54,230 nucleotides of DNA. Source: a virus. Below, piece by piece: positions 36,528 through 44,745 of this stretch (within the stretch, counting starts at the first letter, position 1; each line of letters opens with the position of its first letter). The position numbers and the translations under genes were made by a program. The stretch covers positions 1 to 54,230 of the IMG/VR virus record IMGVR_UViG_3300032223_000334, one strand, 5' to 3'. Below the pieces are notes generated by a model, which saw only the letters and a list, made by a program, of their open reading frames with translations, made no database searches and was not told where the DNA came from.

Positions 36528-37286
36528 TCACTCATGGTTATTTTTTATTTGCCAAAATTTTAGAATGCAGAGAAACATTTCCCAGCTCTTTTTTAAATCT
36601 TCTTGATCCCACTCTTTTACGACCGCCAAGTCAGGATTTGTACGAGAGACAAACACATTCGCACATCGTGCATTGGGCAAACCTAGCCCTACACGGTAAG
36701 CAGCAAGCTGCATCCCCATCTCTTCGTATGTTGTAACTTTATTAACATCATCAAACTCTTTACTTTTGATGTCTACAACAATTCCAGAAGGGCTAAAAAG
36801 GTCACATTTACCGCCAAACCCTAATTCATGACCAAAAGACCTCTCAGAAATCCATTCTAAAACCCCAAAATGGGCTTCTATGGCGTTTTTACAGGCTTGT
36901 ACATGGTGTGGATACCGCGAGGCTGTTTTGCCCTCGTAGAACGCCTGTATTGCAGCGTGGATTTCTGTACCCTTGTCTGCAGCATCTCGACCAGTCTGCT
37001 TAGAGTCTTGGATAATCCGTTGAAGGTAGACAGCTTCAGATTCTGTTTCCATCCGTGGAAGGGTTAATGCTGCTAAGAGCATATTCTCCATCTTCCATTT
37101 CTCAAGAGCTGGCTTGGCTAAGACGTTTAGCAGAGTGGTCACTGAGGGGATTAAGTTAAGTTCCCTCGCGTCTTTTAACGTCGTGTTTCTAAACCTACCT
37201 GTACTCTTGCCCATGATCGTGTACATGGGTTCGCCATTACGGGTATACCAATGTCCTGCTTCTGAGCTGTGATCTTTAACTATCAT
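36528..37286 (-). CDS. PD-(D/E)XK exonuclease (RecB/Cas4-like nuclease family)
   Basis: Motifs in order: GTEIHAAIQ, GGKCDLF, VVDIKSKE (the D...(D/E)xK core) and MQLAAYRVGL (QhxxY). Confidence 0.75.
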   Translation of the reverse strand: MIVKDHSSEAGHWYTRNGEPMYTIMGKSTGRFRNTTLKDARELNLIPSVTTLLNVLAKPALEKWKMENMLLAALTLPRMETESEAVYLQRIIQDSKQTGRDAADKGTEIHAAIQAFYEGKTASRYPHHVQACKNAIEAHFGVLEWISERSFGHELGFGGKCDLFSPSGIVVDIKSKEFDDVNKVTTYEEMGMQLAAYRVGLGLPNARCANVFVSRTNPDLAVVKEWDQEDLKKSWEMFLCILKFWQIKNNHE

Positions 37287-37708
37287 GTGACCTTTCTAAA
37301 TGTCTCAGTAGGAATTAAAACTATAGGTTCGACATCTTGTAGATCATTCCTATCTCTTCTGCCGCCAAATCCATACTTAACTTCATGTTTGCCAGCCACA
37401 TGAAAATAAACACCATTAGTCCATCTGACAATAACAATAAAAGGAATATTTAATTCCTTAGCCAGTTCCTTACCTTTCATCCATTTAGACAAAGATAAAA
37501 GAAGGGTTGGGTATTTAGTGCTTTCGTTATTGCGGCATTTAAGTTCTGCAAAAGCCTTGGGTTTTTCTGTAGTGTCAATTAATAGCCAATCGACGTTGTA
37601 TGAAATAGGTAATTTCTGAAATAAACAATTCCATTTGTCAGAAAGATAACTAGCAACATCTTTTTCATTAGACAGATCAGTTTGACTTTCATACATTGGT
37701 CTAGTCAT
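37283..37708 (-). CDS. Possible second PD-(D/E)XK-fold nuclease
   Basis: 141 aa. DWLLID....AFAELKCR resembles a D...ExK core. The assignment is weak. Confidence 0.4.
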   Translation of the reverse strand: MTRPMYESQTDLSNEKDVASYLSDKWNCLFQKLPISYNVDWLLIDTTEKPKAFAELKCRNNESTKYPTLLLSLSKWMKGKELAKELNIPFIVIVRWTNGVYFHVAGKHEVKYGFGGRRDRNDLQDVEPIVLIPTETFRKVT

Positions 37709-37907
37709 GTAAGAACTTTCGTATCTCAGCTACTTCCATGCCTGTTTTTTCATGAATCATTAAGATTAAATCAGCACTTAAATTATGAGACTGAGACCGC
37801 ACCCTGCTTATAACGGCAGGATGCGAACCTAACAAATGCGCAAGCTCTCTGTCAGAGCCAATCTCATACTCTTTCTTTAAAAAATCAAACAGTTTGTGCT
37901 CGCGCAT
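37701..37907 (-). CDS. Small helix-turn-helix DNA-binding protein
   Basis: 68 aa. SDRELAHLLGSHPAVISRVRS looks like a helix-turn-helix. Confidence 0.55.
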   Translation of the reverse strand: MREHKLFDFLKKEYEIGSDRELAHLLGSHPAVISRVRSQSHNLSADLILMIHEKTGMEVAEIRKFLHD

Positions 37908-37915
37908 AAGTCACC

Positions 37916-38533
37916 TTAAAAGTCTATGTCATCATCAAATGGGTCTTTGTCATCATCAACTGATTTTTTACCTTTTGAATTCCACTCAGGGCTAGACATA
38001 ATTTTGTCCTTTGTGTACTTCCCTAAAGACTCAAGCAGCTCCATGTCTGGCTTGTCAATATCAAAAGACTTTGTTTCATTGACGGCTTCAGGTAGTCCAT
38101 GTTTCTTAATGGCTGCAGGCACTGGGTTGATGCCATCAATGTTGGCGTATTGCTTGTCACCAGATGTTGAATGAACAACTGTAACCATTCCCCAAATGCC
38201 TAAAATCTTTTGCAGGTCAAAACCTTTGCGCTCAGCTGGAGTGAATGCCACACCGCGCCAAGACTCTAAGTGAGCTGACAACGTAGATGCTTCGTTTAGG
38301 GAGTTTGTATAGGTTTTGGAGATTGATAGAGGGTCTCCGTTAGAGGTCAACAAAGGATTACCTTCTTCGTCCTCGCCATGGACTTCAAACTGAATCATTA
38401 CTTGGTGTTTATCACCAAACTTTGTGGGCTGTGTGCCTAAGTCAATGATTCGATAGCATCGTGCTAAATGCATTCCTGCTGGAACTAACGCAAATGATCC
38501 GCTGCTTTTTGTTTCTTTTGCAATTAATGACAT
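37916..38533 (-). CDS. Single-stranded DNA-binding protein (DUF669-like) with SSB-type acidic C-terminal tip
   Basis: 205 aa. The N-terminal FALVPAGMHLARCYRIIDLG pattern is typical of DUF669-type phage proteins. The C-terminus DPFDDDIDF mimics the SSB DDDIPF tail. Confidence 0.6.
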   Translation of the reverse strand: MSLIAKETKSSGSFALVPAGMHLARCYRIIDLGTQPTKFGDKHQVMIQFEVHGEDEEGNPLLTSNGDPLSISKTYTNSLNEASTLSAHLESWRGVAFTPAERKGFDLQKILGIWGMVTVVHSTSGDKQYANIDGINPVPAAIKKHGLPEAVNETKSFDIDKPDMELLESLGKYTKDKIMSSPEWNSKGKKSVDDDKDPFDDDIDF

Positions 38534-38567
38534 GTCTTGCTCCTGTAGTTAAGTTTCGCTGCTTGTC

Positions 38568-38789
38568 TTAATTTTTAGTTAAGAATATTACTAAGAATAA
38601 AAATGCTGATACTGCAACAACGCTTCCAACGCTTTTTAACTTTTCTTTGCGGATAGATGCCATGTCGTTTAACAAAGACATTTGAATCATTTCCATGTCA
38701 AAAGTCATATCTTTGCCGTTTGAAGGGCGTTGATAATATTTACCAATTTCAATACCAGTCTTTGTCCTATATGGAGTGATTTTTTCCAT
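38568..38789 (-). CDS. Small membrane-anchored protein, first gene of the leftward operon
   Basis: 73 aa. C-terminal TM segment VVAVSAFLFLVIFL. AAGGAG RBS on the - strand. Confidence 0.5.
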   Translation of the reverse strand: MEKITPYRTKTGIEIGKYYQRPSNGKDMTFDMEMIQMSLLNDMASIRKEKLKSVGSVVAVSAFLFLVIFLTKN

Positions 38790-38881
38790 AATTTAACTCC
38801 TTGTTTGACAGTATTACTTTACACCATGTAATTTTGTATTACAATACCTCAAATGATTTAATTTATTCTTTAAGGCATAGC
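38790..38881. promoter_or_regulatory. Divergent early promoter/operator region
   Basis: Rightward promoter: TTGACA (38805-10), 18 nt, TAATTT (38829-34). Leftward promoter (- strand): TTGTAA (38844-39), 17 nt, TAAAGT (38821-16). An inverted repeat TGTAAT-N5-ATTACA (38827-43) and a direct GTATTAC repeat (38811, 38836) overlap both promoters. Confidence 0.55.
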
Positions 38882-39085
38882 ATGACATTACAAGAGTTTT
38901 TTAAGAATGAGCCTTACGGTAGTAAAGCAGCCATGGCTAAAACATTGCGTGTAAGCAAGACATGGCTAAGTCTAATTATTGGTAAAAAAGCATTGCCATC
39001 ACCTGCTCTTGCGGTAGCTATTGCCAAATATACCAAAGACAAAGTTACCAGAAACAGTTTGCGTCCCGATATTTTCGGTGTATGA
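38882..39085 (+). CDS. Cro/YdaS-like HTH regulator
   Basis: Track ORF trimmed to ATG 38882. The 67-aa protein GSKAAMAKTLRVSKTWLSLIIGKKALPSPALAVAIAKYTKDKVTRNSLRPDIF matches the YdaS/Cro-like pattern, including the terminal LRPD.F. Confidence 0.65.
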   Translation: MTLQEFFKNEPYGSKAAMAKTLRVSKTWLSLIIGKKALPSPALAVAIAKYTKDKVTRNSLRPDIFGV

Positions 39086-39187
39086 TCAATGGGACTAGCT
39101 AGGGAGTGCAACCCGAAAAGCCGATTCATCACCGGCCTGCTGTGTCCCGCCTTATTTAAGTGATGAACCTTCTGATGAGAGGTCTAT

Positions 39188-39415
39188 ATGCATTTCAATT
39201 ATCCCAGTGTCAATGACACTGAAATTTACGTATCCGATTCTGGATATGTATGTTTTAAACAAAACAATTATCCCCAAGAAGATCAGCTAATACTTTTGAC
39301 TCCTCACCAAACTGAGTGGTTACTTAGTAAATTGCCACAAATGCTTCAAGAGGCAGAAACTCTTTTTGACCAAAAAATAAGGTTAGAAAGGAGTTCAAAT
39401 GAATCTGAAGCCTAA
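39188..39415 (+). CDS. Hypothetical early protein
   Basis: 75 aa. Confidence 0.45.
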   Translation: MHFNYPSVNDTEIYVSDSGYVCFKQNNYPQEDQLILLTPHQTEWLLSKLPQMLQEAETLFDQKIRLERSSNESEA

Positions 39416-40025
39416 AAACTGGGATAAGTTTCAGCATTACAAAGATCGTTGCCCACCATGGATTAAGCTTCATAGAGACATCCTAAACGATAGGATATTT
39501 GCAAGCTTGCCTATTGCTAGCAAAGCACTAGCACCCTTACTTTGGTTGCTAGCAAGTGAGTCAAAAGACGGTAGCTTTAATGCTGATAGCGAAGAGCTAG
39601 CATTCCGCTTGCATATTGCTAGCAAGGAGATAGCAGAAGGACTTAAGCCTTTGATTGATAAAGGTTTCTTTGTTGATGCTAGCACAATGCTTGCACCTAG
39701 CTTGCAAGTTGCTATCCCAGAGAGAGAGAGAGAGACAGAGAGAGAGGGAGAGAGAGAGCAGAAGAAACAATCTCGCGGAACTCGATTGTCTGCTGACTGG
39801 ATTCCTACTGAAGACCAAATCCAATTCTGCAAAACACAACGGACTGACCTAAGCCCACAGACTACTGCTGAACGCTTTCGTGACTTTTGGATTTCCCAAC
39901 CCGGTTCCAAGGGGGTGAAGTTGGACTGGGACGCAACTTGGAGAAACTGGGTTCGTAATGAACGTGTTTTGCCTGCTGCCCAAACTTCTGGTAGCCGTCC
40001 AAGTTGGGATAGGAGACAGCGTTGA
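39399..40025 (+). CDS. Probable replication initiator/organiser protein (carries the internal iteron and GA tract)
   Basis: 208 aa. The N-terminal NWDKFQHYKDRCPPWIKLHRDIL...LPLLWLLASES pattern resembles phage replisome-organiser (DUF1376-like) proteins. It lies immediately upstream of the helicase. Confidence 0.5.
   Translation: MNLKPKNWDKFQHYKDRCPPWIKLHRDILNDRIFASLPIASKALAPLLWLLASESKDGSFNADSEELAFRLHIASKEIAEGLKPLIDKGFFVDASTMLAPSLQVAIPERERETEREGEREQKKQSRGTRLSADWIPTEDQIQFCKTQRTDLSPQTTAERFRDFWISQPGSKGVKLDWDATWRNWVRNERVLPAAQTSGSRPSWDRRQR
39514..39685. repeat. Cluster of palindromic CTAG-core iterons (TTGCTAGCAA three times, plus variants)
   Basis: Perfect TTGCTAGCAA at 39514-23, 39546-55 and 39616-25. 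ATGCTAGCAC at 39676-85. Further CTAGC cores occur near 39528, 39597 and 39697. Confidence 0.7.
39719..39758 (+). repeat. (GA)n polypurine/polypyrimidine microsatellite
   Basis: agagagagagagagaga-c-agagagagagggagagagagag. It encodes ERERETEREGERE within the replication gene. Confidence 0.9.
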
Positions 40026-40366
40026 GAGGCTCTGATGCTTTGATGACTATGCGTAAAGCTGGCAAGCGTCCTGTTGGCGTTTGGATAAGCCACAGACCGT
40101 CTCCGTTCTGCAATACGTGGCAAAAGTACGATGACATGCATGCATGGCCAGAAATTGAAATCTTGCAATCAGAGAATCCTGAGAACTTAGACTTACGTTT
40201 TGTAGTTGGTCTGATAGTTCACGTATCAGGGTGCTTTGATTACAAAGTAGCAAAAAAGCTACATGAGGCTTTGTTAAAAGCTTCGGCAAAACGAGTGATC
40301 ACAACTGTTGGCAAGGTGATCATTGACAGCGAAACTGGAGAGACTGATGACTATGTACCTGAGTGA
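40022..40366 (+). CDS. Hypothetical replication-module protein
   Basis: 114 aa from TTG 40022. Internal ATGs follow shortly, so the start is uncertain. Confidence 0.45.
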   Translation: MRGSDALMTMRKAGKRPVGVWISHRPSPFCNTWQKYDDMHAWPEIEILQSENPENLDLRFVVGLIVHVSGCFDYKVAKKLHEALLKASAKRVITTVGKVIIDSETGETDDYVPE

Positions 40367-41303
40367 TGACGACATTGACTTTAATTCATATTTGGCAATG
40401 ACCGAATATGAGACAAAGATTAAAGACATGCGGTTGACGGTTGATCAACTGATTGAAGAAGTTAATCATCCACCTGTCGATAAATCGACACTAATGCCGT
40501 GGTCTACGACTATGGATTCTTTTTCATTTCGCCCCGGTGAGGTAACTGTATGGGCTGGTAGCAACGGCGGTGGTAAGTCTTTGATGACTGGCCAAGTTGC
40601 TTTAGGGTTGATTAAGCAGAGTCAGCGTGTTTGCATAGCCAGCTTTGAGATGAAGCCTAAGATGACTGCTAAGCGCATGGTACGTCAGTTTGCGGGCAAG
40701 TCATTGGAGTCTACGAATTACGTTACAACTCCACGGGAACAGCAGTTAGATGCCTTGATTCGTTTCAAAGAATTTATCGGTAATCGGATGTATGTTTACG
40801 ACCAACAGGGTACGGTTGACTCACAAAGAATTGAGGCATTGGTTTGGCATTGTGCTACAAAGCTAGAAATTGACCATGTGTTTATTGATAGCCTAATGAA
40901 GTGTGTGCCGGGCGAGGATGCTTACAATGAGCAAAAGAACTTTGTTGACAAGCTGTGTTCTTTAGCGCGTGACCATGACATTCACATTCACTTAGTTCAT
41001 CACATACGTAAACTAAGCAATGAAGAGGTAAGACCAAGTAAGAGTGATTTACGTGGGTCTAGCGCAATTACAGACCAAGTTGATAATGTTTTAATCGTCC
41101 ATAGGAACAAGCGCAAGGAACACGCTAGAGAATCTGGTAAGGATTATGACGAGAATGATCCAGATGCTTACTTGATGTGCGAGAAGCAAAGAAATGGAGA
41201 GGGTGAGCCTTGGTTTGACTTTTGGTATCACAAAGACAGTCAGCAATTCTTAGACCGTCGCAATGGTATGCCAATGTCATTTGATACGAAGGGGGAATTT
41301 TGA
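40323..41303 (+). CDS. DnaB-like (RecA-fold) replicative helicase
   Basis: Walker A WAGSNGGGKSL, Walker B-like HVFIDSLMK, plus HIHLVHHIRK and RGSSAITDQVDNVLIVHRN. The start may instead be ATG 40347 or 40353. Confidence 0.75.
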   Translation: MTAKLERLMTMYLSDDDIDFNSYLAMTEYETKIKDMRLTVDQLIEEVNHPPVDKSTLMPWSTTMDSFSFRPGEVTVWAGSNGGGKSLMTGQVALGLIKQSQRVCIASFEMKPKMTAKRMVRQFAGKSLESTNYVTTPREQQLDALIRFKEFIGNRMYVYDQQGTVDSQRIEALVWHCATKLEIDHVFIDSLMKCVPGEDAYNEQKNFVDKLCSLARDHDIHIHLVHHIRKLSNEEVRPSKSDLRGSSAITDQVDNVLIVHRNKRKEHARESGKDYDENDPDAYLMCEKQRNGEGEPWFDFWYHKDSQQFLDRRNGMPMSFDTKGEF

Positions 41304-41524
41304 ATGACATTGAAAAATACAAATACGAATGCCTTGTTAGAGAAGTCATTCGCATGCGGCTCAGGAGCAGGGATGAAGCATATCGGTTTTTATCTGGATG
41401 GGTACGAGCTGATGGTGGTTGGCAGAAAGGGTGGAATGAATTACATCCCAGAAGTACACTTGAAAATGACGTTAAGAAACAGTGGGCACTTGGAAATCGT
41501 GGAGAACATGGAGATTGGAAATGA
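41300..41524 (+). CDS. Small Trp/Arg-rich protein
   Basis: TTG start overlapping the helicase stop, 74 aa (..QWALGNRGEHGDWK). Preferred over the alternative frame 41304..41528 because its TGA stop (41522-24) is ATGA-coupled to ATG 41521, the next start, and because of its composition. Confidence 0.45.
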   Translation: MNDIEKYKYECLVREVIRMRLRSRDEAYRFLSGWVRADGGWQKGWNELHPRSTLENDVKKQWALGNRGEHGDWK

Positions 41525-41799
41525 GTGAACTAAGTAACTTTCAAAAGAATTTTCTAGCAGGCAGTGGTCACGTAGAAGTGTTCACTCAAAAAGAGTTTGA
41601 TGATGCTTTGACGTTAGCCAAGGCTGAGATTATGACTGTAGCGATAGACACCACAAAGCAAGCAATCTTTATTGAACGTGAAGAATGCGCAAAAATAATT
41701 GAAAAGCTTTCTGATGAAGAAGATGAAGGCGAGCTATGTACTGCTTTAAAAAATGCAGCCGATGCTATTCGTAACCGCATACCGACACAGAGACAATAA
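41521..41799 (+). CDS. Hypothetical acidic protein
   Basis: Track ORF trimmed to ATG 41521 (ATGA coupling). 92 aa. Confidence 0.5.
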   Translation: MSELSNFQKNFLAGSGHVEVFTQKEFDDALTLAKAEIMTVAIDTTKQAIFIEREECAKIIEKLSDEEDEGELCTALKNAADAIRNRIPTQRQ

Positions 41800-42260
41800 T
41801 GCCGGTATGGATAGGAATTGATCCGGGTCTTCGTTCTGGAGCTATCGCATCGATAGACCATAACGGTGGGTTTATTTGGGTTGATGACATCAAAGCTGAT
41901 GGTGACAAGATAGATGTCAAAGCGTTGAAGGAGCAGATTTACCGTATGACAGTGCCGGGTGATGCTTACGCTATCTGCATTGAACAGGTGGGGGTCAGAC
42001 CGGGGCAAGGAATATCTAGCTCAGGTAAGTTTATGAGGGCGTTTGGTGCTATTGAAGCCGTTGCTGCATTAACGTCAGATAGAGTTGAGATGGTGTTACC
42101 GCAGGCTTGGAAAAAGACAATGGGTTTAAAAGCAGACAAAGAACAATCATTAGCTATGGCAAGAACATTATTTCCTGATGCCATGCTTAATCTAAAAAAA
42201 CATCATGGGAAAGCAGAGGCCCTTTTACTAGCTGAATATGCGAGGAGAACATTTACATGA
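41799..42260 (+). CDS. RuvC-like Holliday junction resolvase
   Basis: WIGIDPGLRSGAIA (first catalytic Asp), ICIEQV (Glu), and C-terminal HHGKAEALLLAEYA. 153 aa. Confidence 0.7.
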   Translation: MPVWIGIDPGLRSGAIASIDHNGGFIWVDDIKADGDKIDVKALKEQIYRMTVPGDAYAICIEQVGVRPGQGISSSGKFMRAFGAIEAVAALTSDRVEMVLPQAWKKTMGLKADKEQSLAMARTLFPDAMLNLKKHHGKAEALLLAEYARRTFT

Positions 42261-42433
42261 TTGAGAGTGATGAGATGCGGTGCATGTTTGCAGCGTTTGC
42301 CCTTCAAGGATTAATGTCTGGAGTTGACCCAGAGATTTTAGACAGTGAACATAATCGAAAGTTTTTAGCTGAGACAGCTTTTGATATGGCTGATGCAATG
42401 ATGGGGGTGCGTAATGCGACAACACGACACTAG
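42257..42433 (+). CDS. Small hypothetical protein (58 aa, below the ORF-track cutoff)
   Basis: ATGA-coupled to the resolvase gene. Translation MIESDEMRCMFAAFALQGLMSGVDPEIL...AFDMADAMMGV. Confidence 0.45.
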   Translation: MIESDEMRCMFAAFALQGLMSGVDPEILDSEHNRKFLAETAFDMADAMMGVRNATTRH

Positions 42434-42611
42434 CATTTACGAAGCGTTTATGAGTGGTCATTCAATTGGCTCATTAGCCAAGAGACATAAATTAGACAAG
42501 TCACAGATTAGGAAGGTAATTAGCCGTGTCAGTAGCGAAAGAAGCAGCACAGAATCCGAGGTTTTGCACGAACTGCATGATGACCAAGCCCATAGTGGGC
42601 GGCACATATAA
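42414..42611 (+). CDS. Small HTH-like protein
   Basis: 65 aa. SIGSLAKRHKLDKSQIRKVISR resembles a sigma-region-4/resolvase-type HTH. Confidence 0.45.
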   Translation: MRQHDTSIYEAFMSGHSIGSLAKRHKLDKSQIRKVISRVSSERSSTESEVLHELHDDQAHSGRHI

Positions 42612-42616
42612 GGTAT

Positions 42617-42799
42617 TTGCTGATGGCAAACGACAGAGATGGATTTGCGAGAGCTGCTCGCTTAGAAAAAGCAAAGCCGACAGAGAAAGAGGAGCGTGAC
42701 TTTAGGTCTCTTGTTTTAATGTTAATTGTTGTTTTGTTTTCTATATTTGTAATGGGGATAGTAGGTAGCGCCATATTATTTTGGAGGTTATTCGGATGA
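42617..42799 (+). CDS. Small membrane protein
   Basis: 60 aa. TM segment LVLMLIVVLFSIFVMGIVGSAILFW. The start is TTG 42617 or ATG 42623. Confidence 0.45.
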   Translation: MLMANDRDGFARAARLEKAKPTEKEERDFRSLVLMLIVVLFSIFVMGIVGSAILFWRLFG

Positions 42800-43131
42800 G
42801 CGAAAGAGAGATAGACCCACAAAAAGCCGTAGACTTTATTCGTGATCATGGAGCTAAGCTTGCGCATGCCAAGGCTACACGGATATACCTTGAAGAGTTC
42901 CGCAAGTCTAAGAAGGCGTTGCTAATGAAGCAATCTTTAGAGACTGCGGTGAATGCGCAGGAACGAGATGCTTACAGCCACCCAGAATACCTGCAGCTTC
43001 TAAATGACCTTAGGGCGGCTGTAGAGGCTGAGGAAGCGCTTAAATGGCACATGGTGGCAGCTGAGGCTAGGATCGAGGTTTGGAGGTCACAGGAAGCCTC
43101 TAATCGCGCCGAGTACAGGGCTACGATTTGA
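42796..43131 (+). CDS. Hypothetical helical protein
   Basis: Track ORF trimmed to ATG 42796 (GGAGG upstream, ATGA coupling). 111 aa. Confidence 0.5.
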   Translation: MSEREIDPQKAVDFIRDHGAKLAHAKATRIYLEEFRKSKKALLMKQSLETAVNAQERDAYSHPEYLQLLNDLRAAVEAEEALKWHMVAAEARIEVWRSQEASNRAEYRATI

Positions 43132-43421
43132 ACAACAAACTCACAGCTGCTGAGCGCAGACATCTACACAGGGTCAAGAGCTTGCCCTGTTCGGTCTGCA
43201 ATATGCCCCCTCCAAGCGATGCTCACCACGTTAAACAGCATAGGCAGTACATCTGTATAGCCTTATGTAAAGATTGCCACCAAGGGGCATTTAATGGCTT
43301 CCATGGGCAACGTAGGATGTGGGCAGTCAAGAAGATGGACGAGCTAGATGCCTTAAATGTAACTATTGAACGGTTACTGTCTGATGGCTTGCCAATAGAA
43401 AAAGATGAAAAAATATTTTAA
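43128..43421 (+). CDS. Cys/His-rich zinc-finger protein, HNH/Ref-like nuclease candidate
   Basis: 97 aa with CSVC...DAHHVKQH...CKDCHQG. Confidence 0.45.
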   Translation: MNNKLTAAERRHLHRVKSLPCSVCNMPPPSDAHHVKQHRQYICIALCKDCHQGAFNGFHGQRRMWAVKKMDELDALNVTIERLLSDGLPIEKDEKIF

Positions 43422-43429
43422 TTAGGGTA

Positions 43430-43502
43430 TTGACAGACCGTTTAACTCCGAATTAAAGTGTAGTCACTGCGATGTGCAGGACAAGCGAAATAGGAGCGAA
43501 CC
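43430..43502 (+). promoter_or_regulatory. Promoter plus conserved leader cassette, copy 1
   Basis: TTGACA (43430-35), ACCGTTTAACTCCGAATTAAAG, a small hairpin, then GCGAAATAGGAG (43485-96) 6 nt before ATG 43503. Confidence 0.55.
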
Positions 43503-43790
43503 ATGAAAAACGATCTCAACACTATCGACAGCTTAGGTTCATTACTGGCTCAAATTGCTGAGCTGACTAAACAAGCTGACCAAATCAAAGATGAGTTAAA
43601 AGACTCAGCCACAGCCTTAAACGGTTCTAAAGTTTTCGAGGGCAACATTTTCAAAGCCACAGTCATTGAGTCCAATCGTTCAACGATTGATTGGAAAGCC
43701 TTGTCTAAAGACTTAGGCATCACTGACGAACAGTTGGCAGCTTACACAAAGACATCAGCAGTCTTCTCAGTCAAAGTTACTTCACGTTAA
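43503..43790 (+). CDS. Hypothetical protein
   Basis: 95 aa, with a strong leader and RBS. Confidence 0.55.
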   Translation: MKNDLNTIDSLGSLLAQIAELTKQADQIKDELKDSATALNGSKVFEGNIFKATVIESNRSTIDWKALSKDLGITDEQLAAYTKTSAVFSVKVTSR

Positions 43791-43801
43791 TAGGGGTCAA
43801 G

Positions 43802-44014
43802 ATGACTAAAGATGACATTATTCGCATGGCTAAAGAAGCTGGGTTTGAAAGAACAAAAATGCATAAAGCACTTGAACGCTTTGCATACATAGTCGCAGCA
43901 TCCGAGCGCGAAGCGTGTGCGAAGACTGTAGAAAACCATCGCGTCGGTTGGACAGATGAAGACATGGAGCTGAATGATATAGCCGCTGAAATACGCGCAA
44001 GGGGGCAGAAATGA
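43802..44014 (+). CDS. Hypothetical protein
   Basis: 70 aa. Confidence 0.5.
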   Translation: MTKDDIIRMAKEAGFERTKMHKALERFAYIVAASEREACAKTVENHRVGWTDEDMELNDIAAEIRARGQK

Positions 44015-44142
44015 ACGAAATGGGAAAAGCATTAGTGCTACATATCTACGGCTTAGTGGTAATAATTTGCTTTGTATTTATGGCTAGTACCGCTGGGGTT
44101 TTGATAGCGAAGTATGTGAAATGGTTATGGAGCGTTTTATGA
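44011..44142 (+). CDS. Tiny membrane protein (43 aa)
   Basis: ATGA-coupled at both ends. TM segment LVLHIYGLVVIICFVFMASTAGVLI. Confidence 0.4.
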   Translation: MNEMGKALVLHIYGLVVIICFVFMASTAGVLIAKYVKWLWSVL

Positions 44143-44597
44143 CTGACGAAGAAATGATGAAGCGGGTAATGGATGGGATACCTGACATGCCAATAAAAGT
44201 ACAAGATAAAAGGTTTGATAAGTTTAAAAGTTTTGAAGAGTTTGCGCAAAGTTTTGCACAGAGTGCTCAAGTAATTGGCATAGCGCAGCCTGAACCAGTA
44301 GCATATATCAACGTCGAAGAACGTAAACTTGAATGGGCAACGCCTATTAAATGGGAAACGCCGACAGTCGTGAAGATGGATAAGGTTCCGCTGTACACAA
44401 AGAAAGAATGGGTCGGGCTGACGGAGAAAGAAACGATTGATCTTGCGCTTAATGCTTTTGCTCTTCCTGAAGTATCGCTTGAAACGCGGTTGCATTTACA
44501 GTTTGAACTAGTCAAAGCTATGAACGAACCAGACAGCCGTTTGATGATTTTTGCCGCGACTATAGAAGCCAAGCTAAAGGAAAAGAATGATTATTAA
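44139..44597 (+). CDS. Hypothetical protein
   Basis: Track ORF trimmed to the ATGA-coupled ATG 44139. 152 aa. Confidence 0.5.
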   Translation: MTDEEMMKRVMDGIPDMPIKVQDKRFDKFKSFEEFAQSFAQSAQVIGIAQPEPVAYINVEERKLEWATPIKWETPTVVKMDKVPLYTKKEWVGLTEKETIDLALNAFALPEVSLETRLHLQFELVKAMNEPDSRLMIFAATIEAKLKEKNDY

Positions 44598-44745
44598 TAA
44601 GTCGCCACCATCGAAAGAGTTATGTTTGCATTTGGCTGAGGTTTATTTTGATATGGGTATGCCAGAACGTAGTTGGCAATATCTCTTGTGTTGGGCTGCT
44701 TACGATGATTATTTAGACATTTTTTGGGGGGTTACCAATGATTGA
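44587..44745 (+). CDS. Small hypothetical protein (52 aa)
   Basis: Fills an otherwise non-coding gap and overlaps both neighbours by a few nt. Confidence 0.35.
   Translation: MIINKSPPSKELCLHLAEVYFDMGMPERSWQYLLCWAAYDDYLDIFWGVTND

Noticed and set aside
39086-39187. 102-nt spacer after the Cro-like gene, examined for a tRNA, small RNA or terminator
   Set aside because: I could not build a cloverleaf, there is no GTTC(G/A)A T-loop, and only 3-4-bp stems are possible with no T-tract. The evidence is insufficient.
39470-40168. 232-aa ORF on the - strand, with nested 80- and 91-aa ORFs, antisense to the replication-organiser gene
   Set aside because: It is kept open by the (GA)n/(TC)n tract, giving SLSLSLSVSLSLS low-complexity translation. 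It lies antisense to a well-supported + strand gene in a uniformly + strand operon and has no RBS.
41304-41528. Alternative-frame 74-aa ORF (MTLKNTNTNALLEKSF...) overlapping 41300..41524
   Set aside because: Only one of the two frames can reasonably be coding. The TTG-initiated frame gives a TGA stop (41522-24) overlapping ATG 41521 in an ATGA arrangement, plus a Trp/Arg-rich sequence typical of small phage proteins. The choice remains low-confidence.
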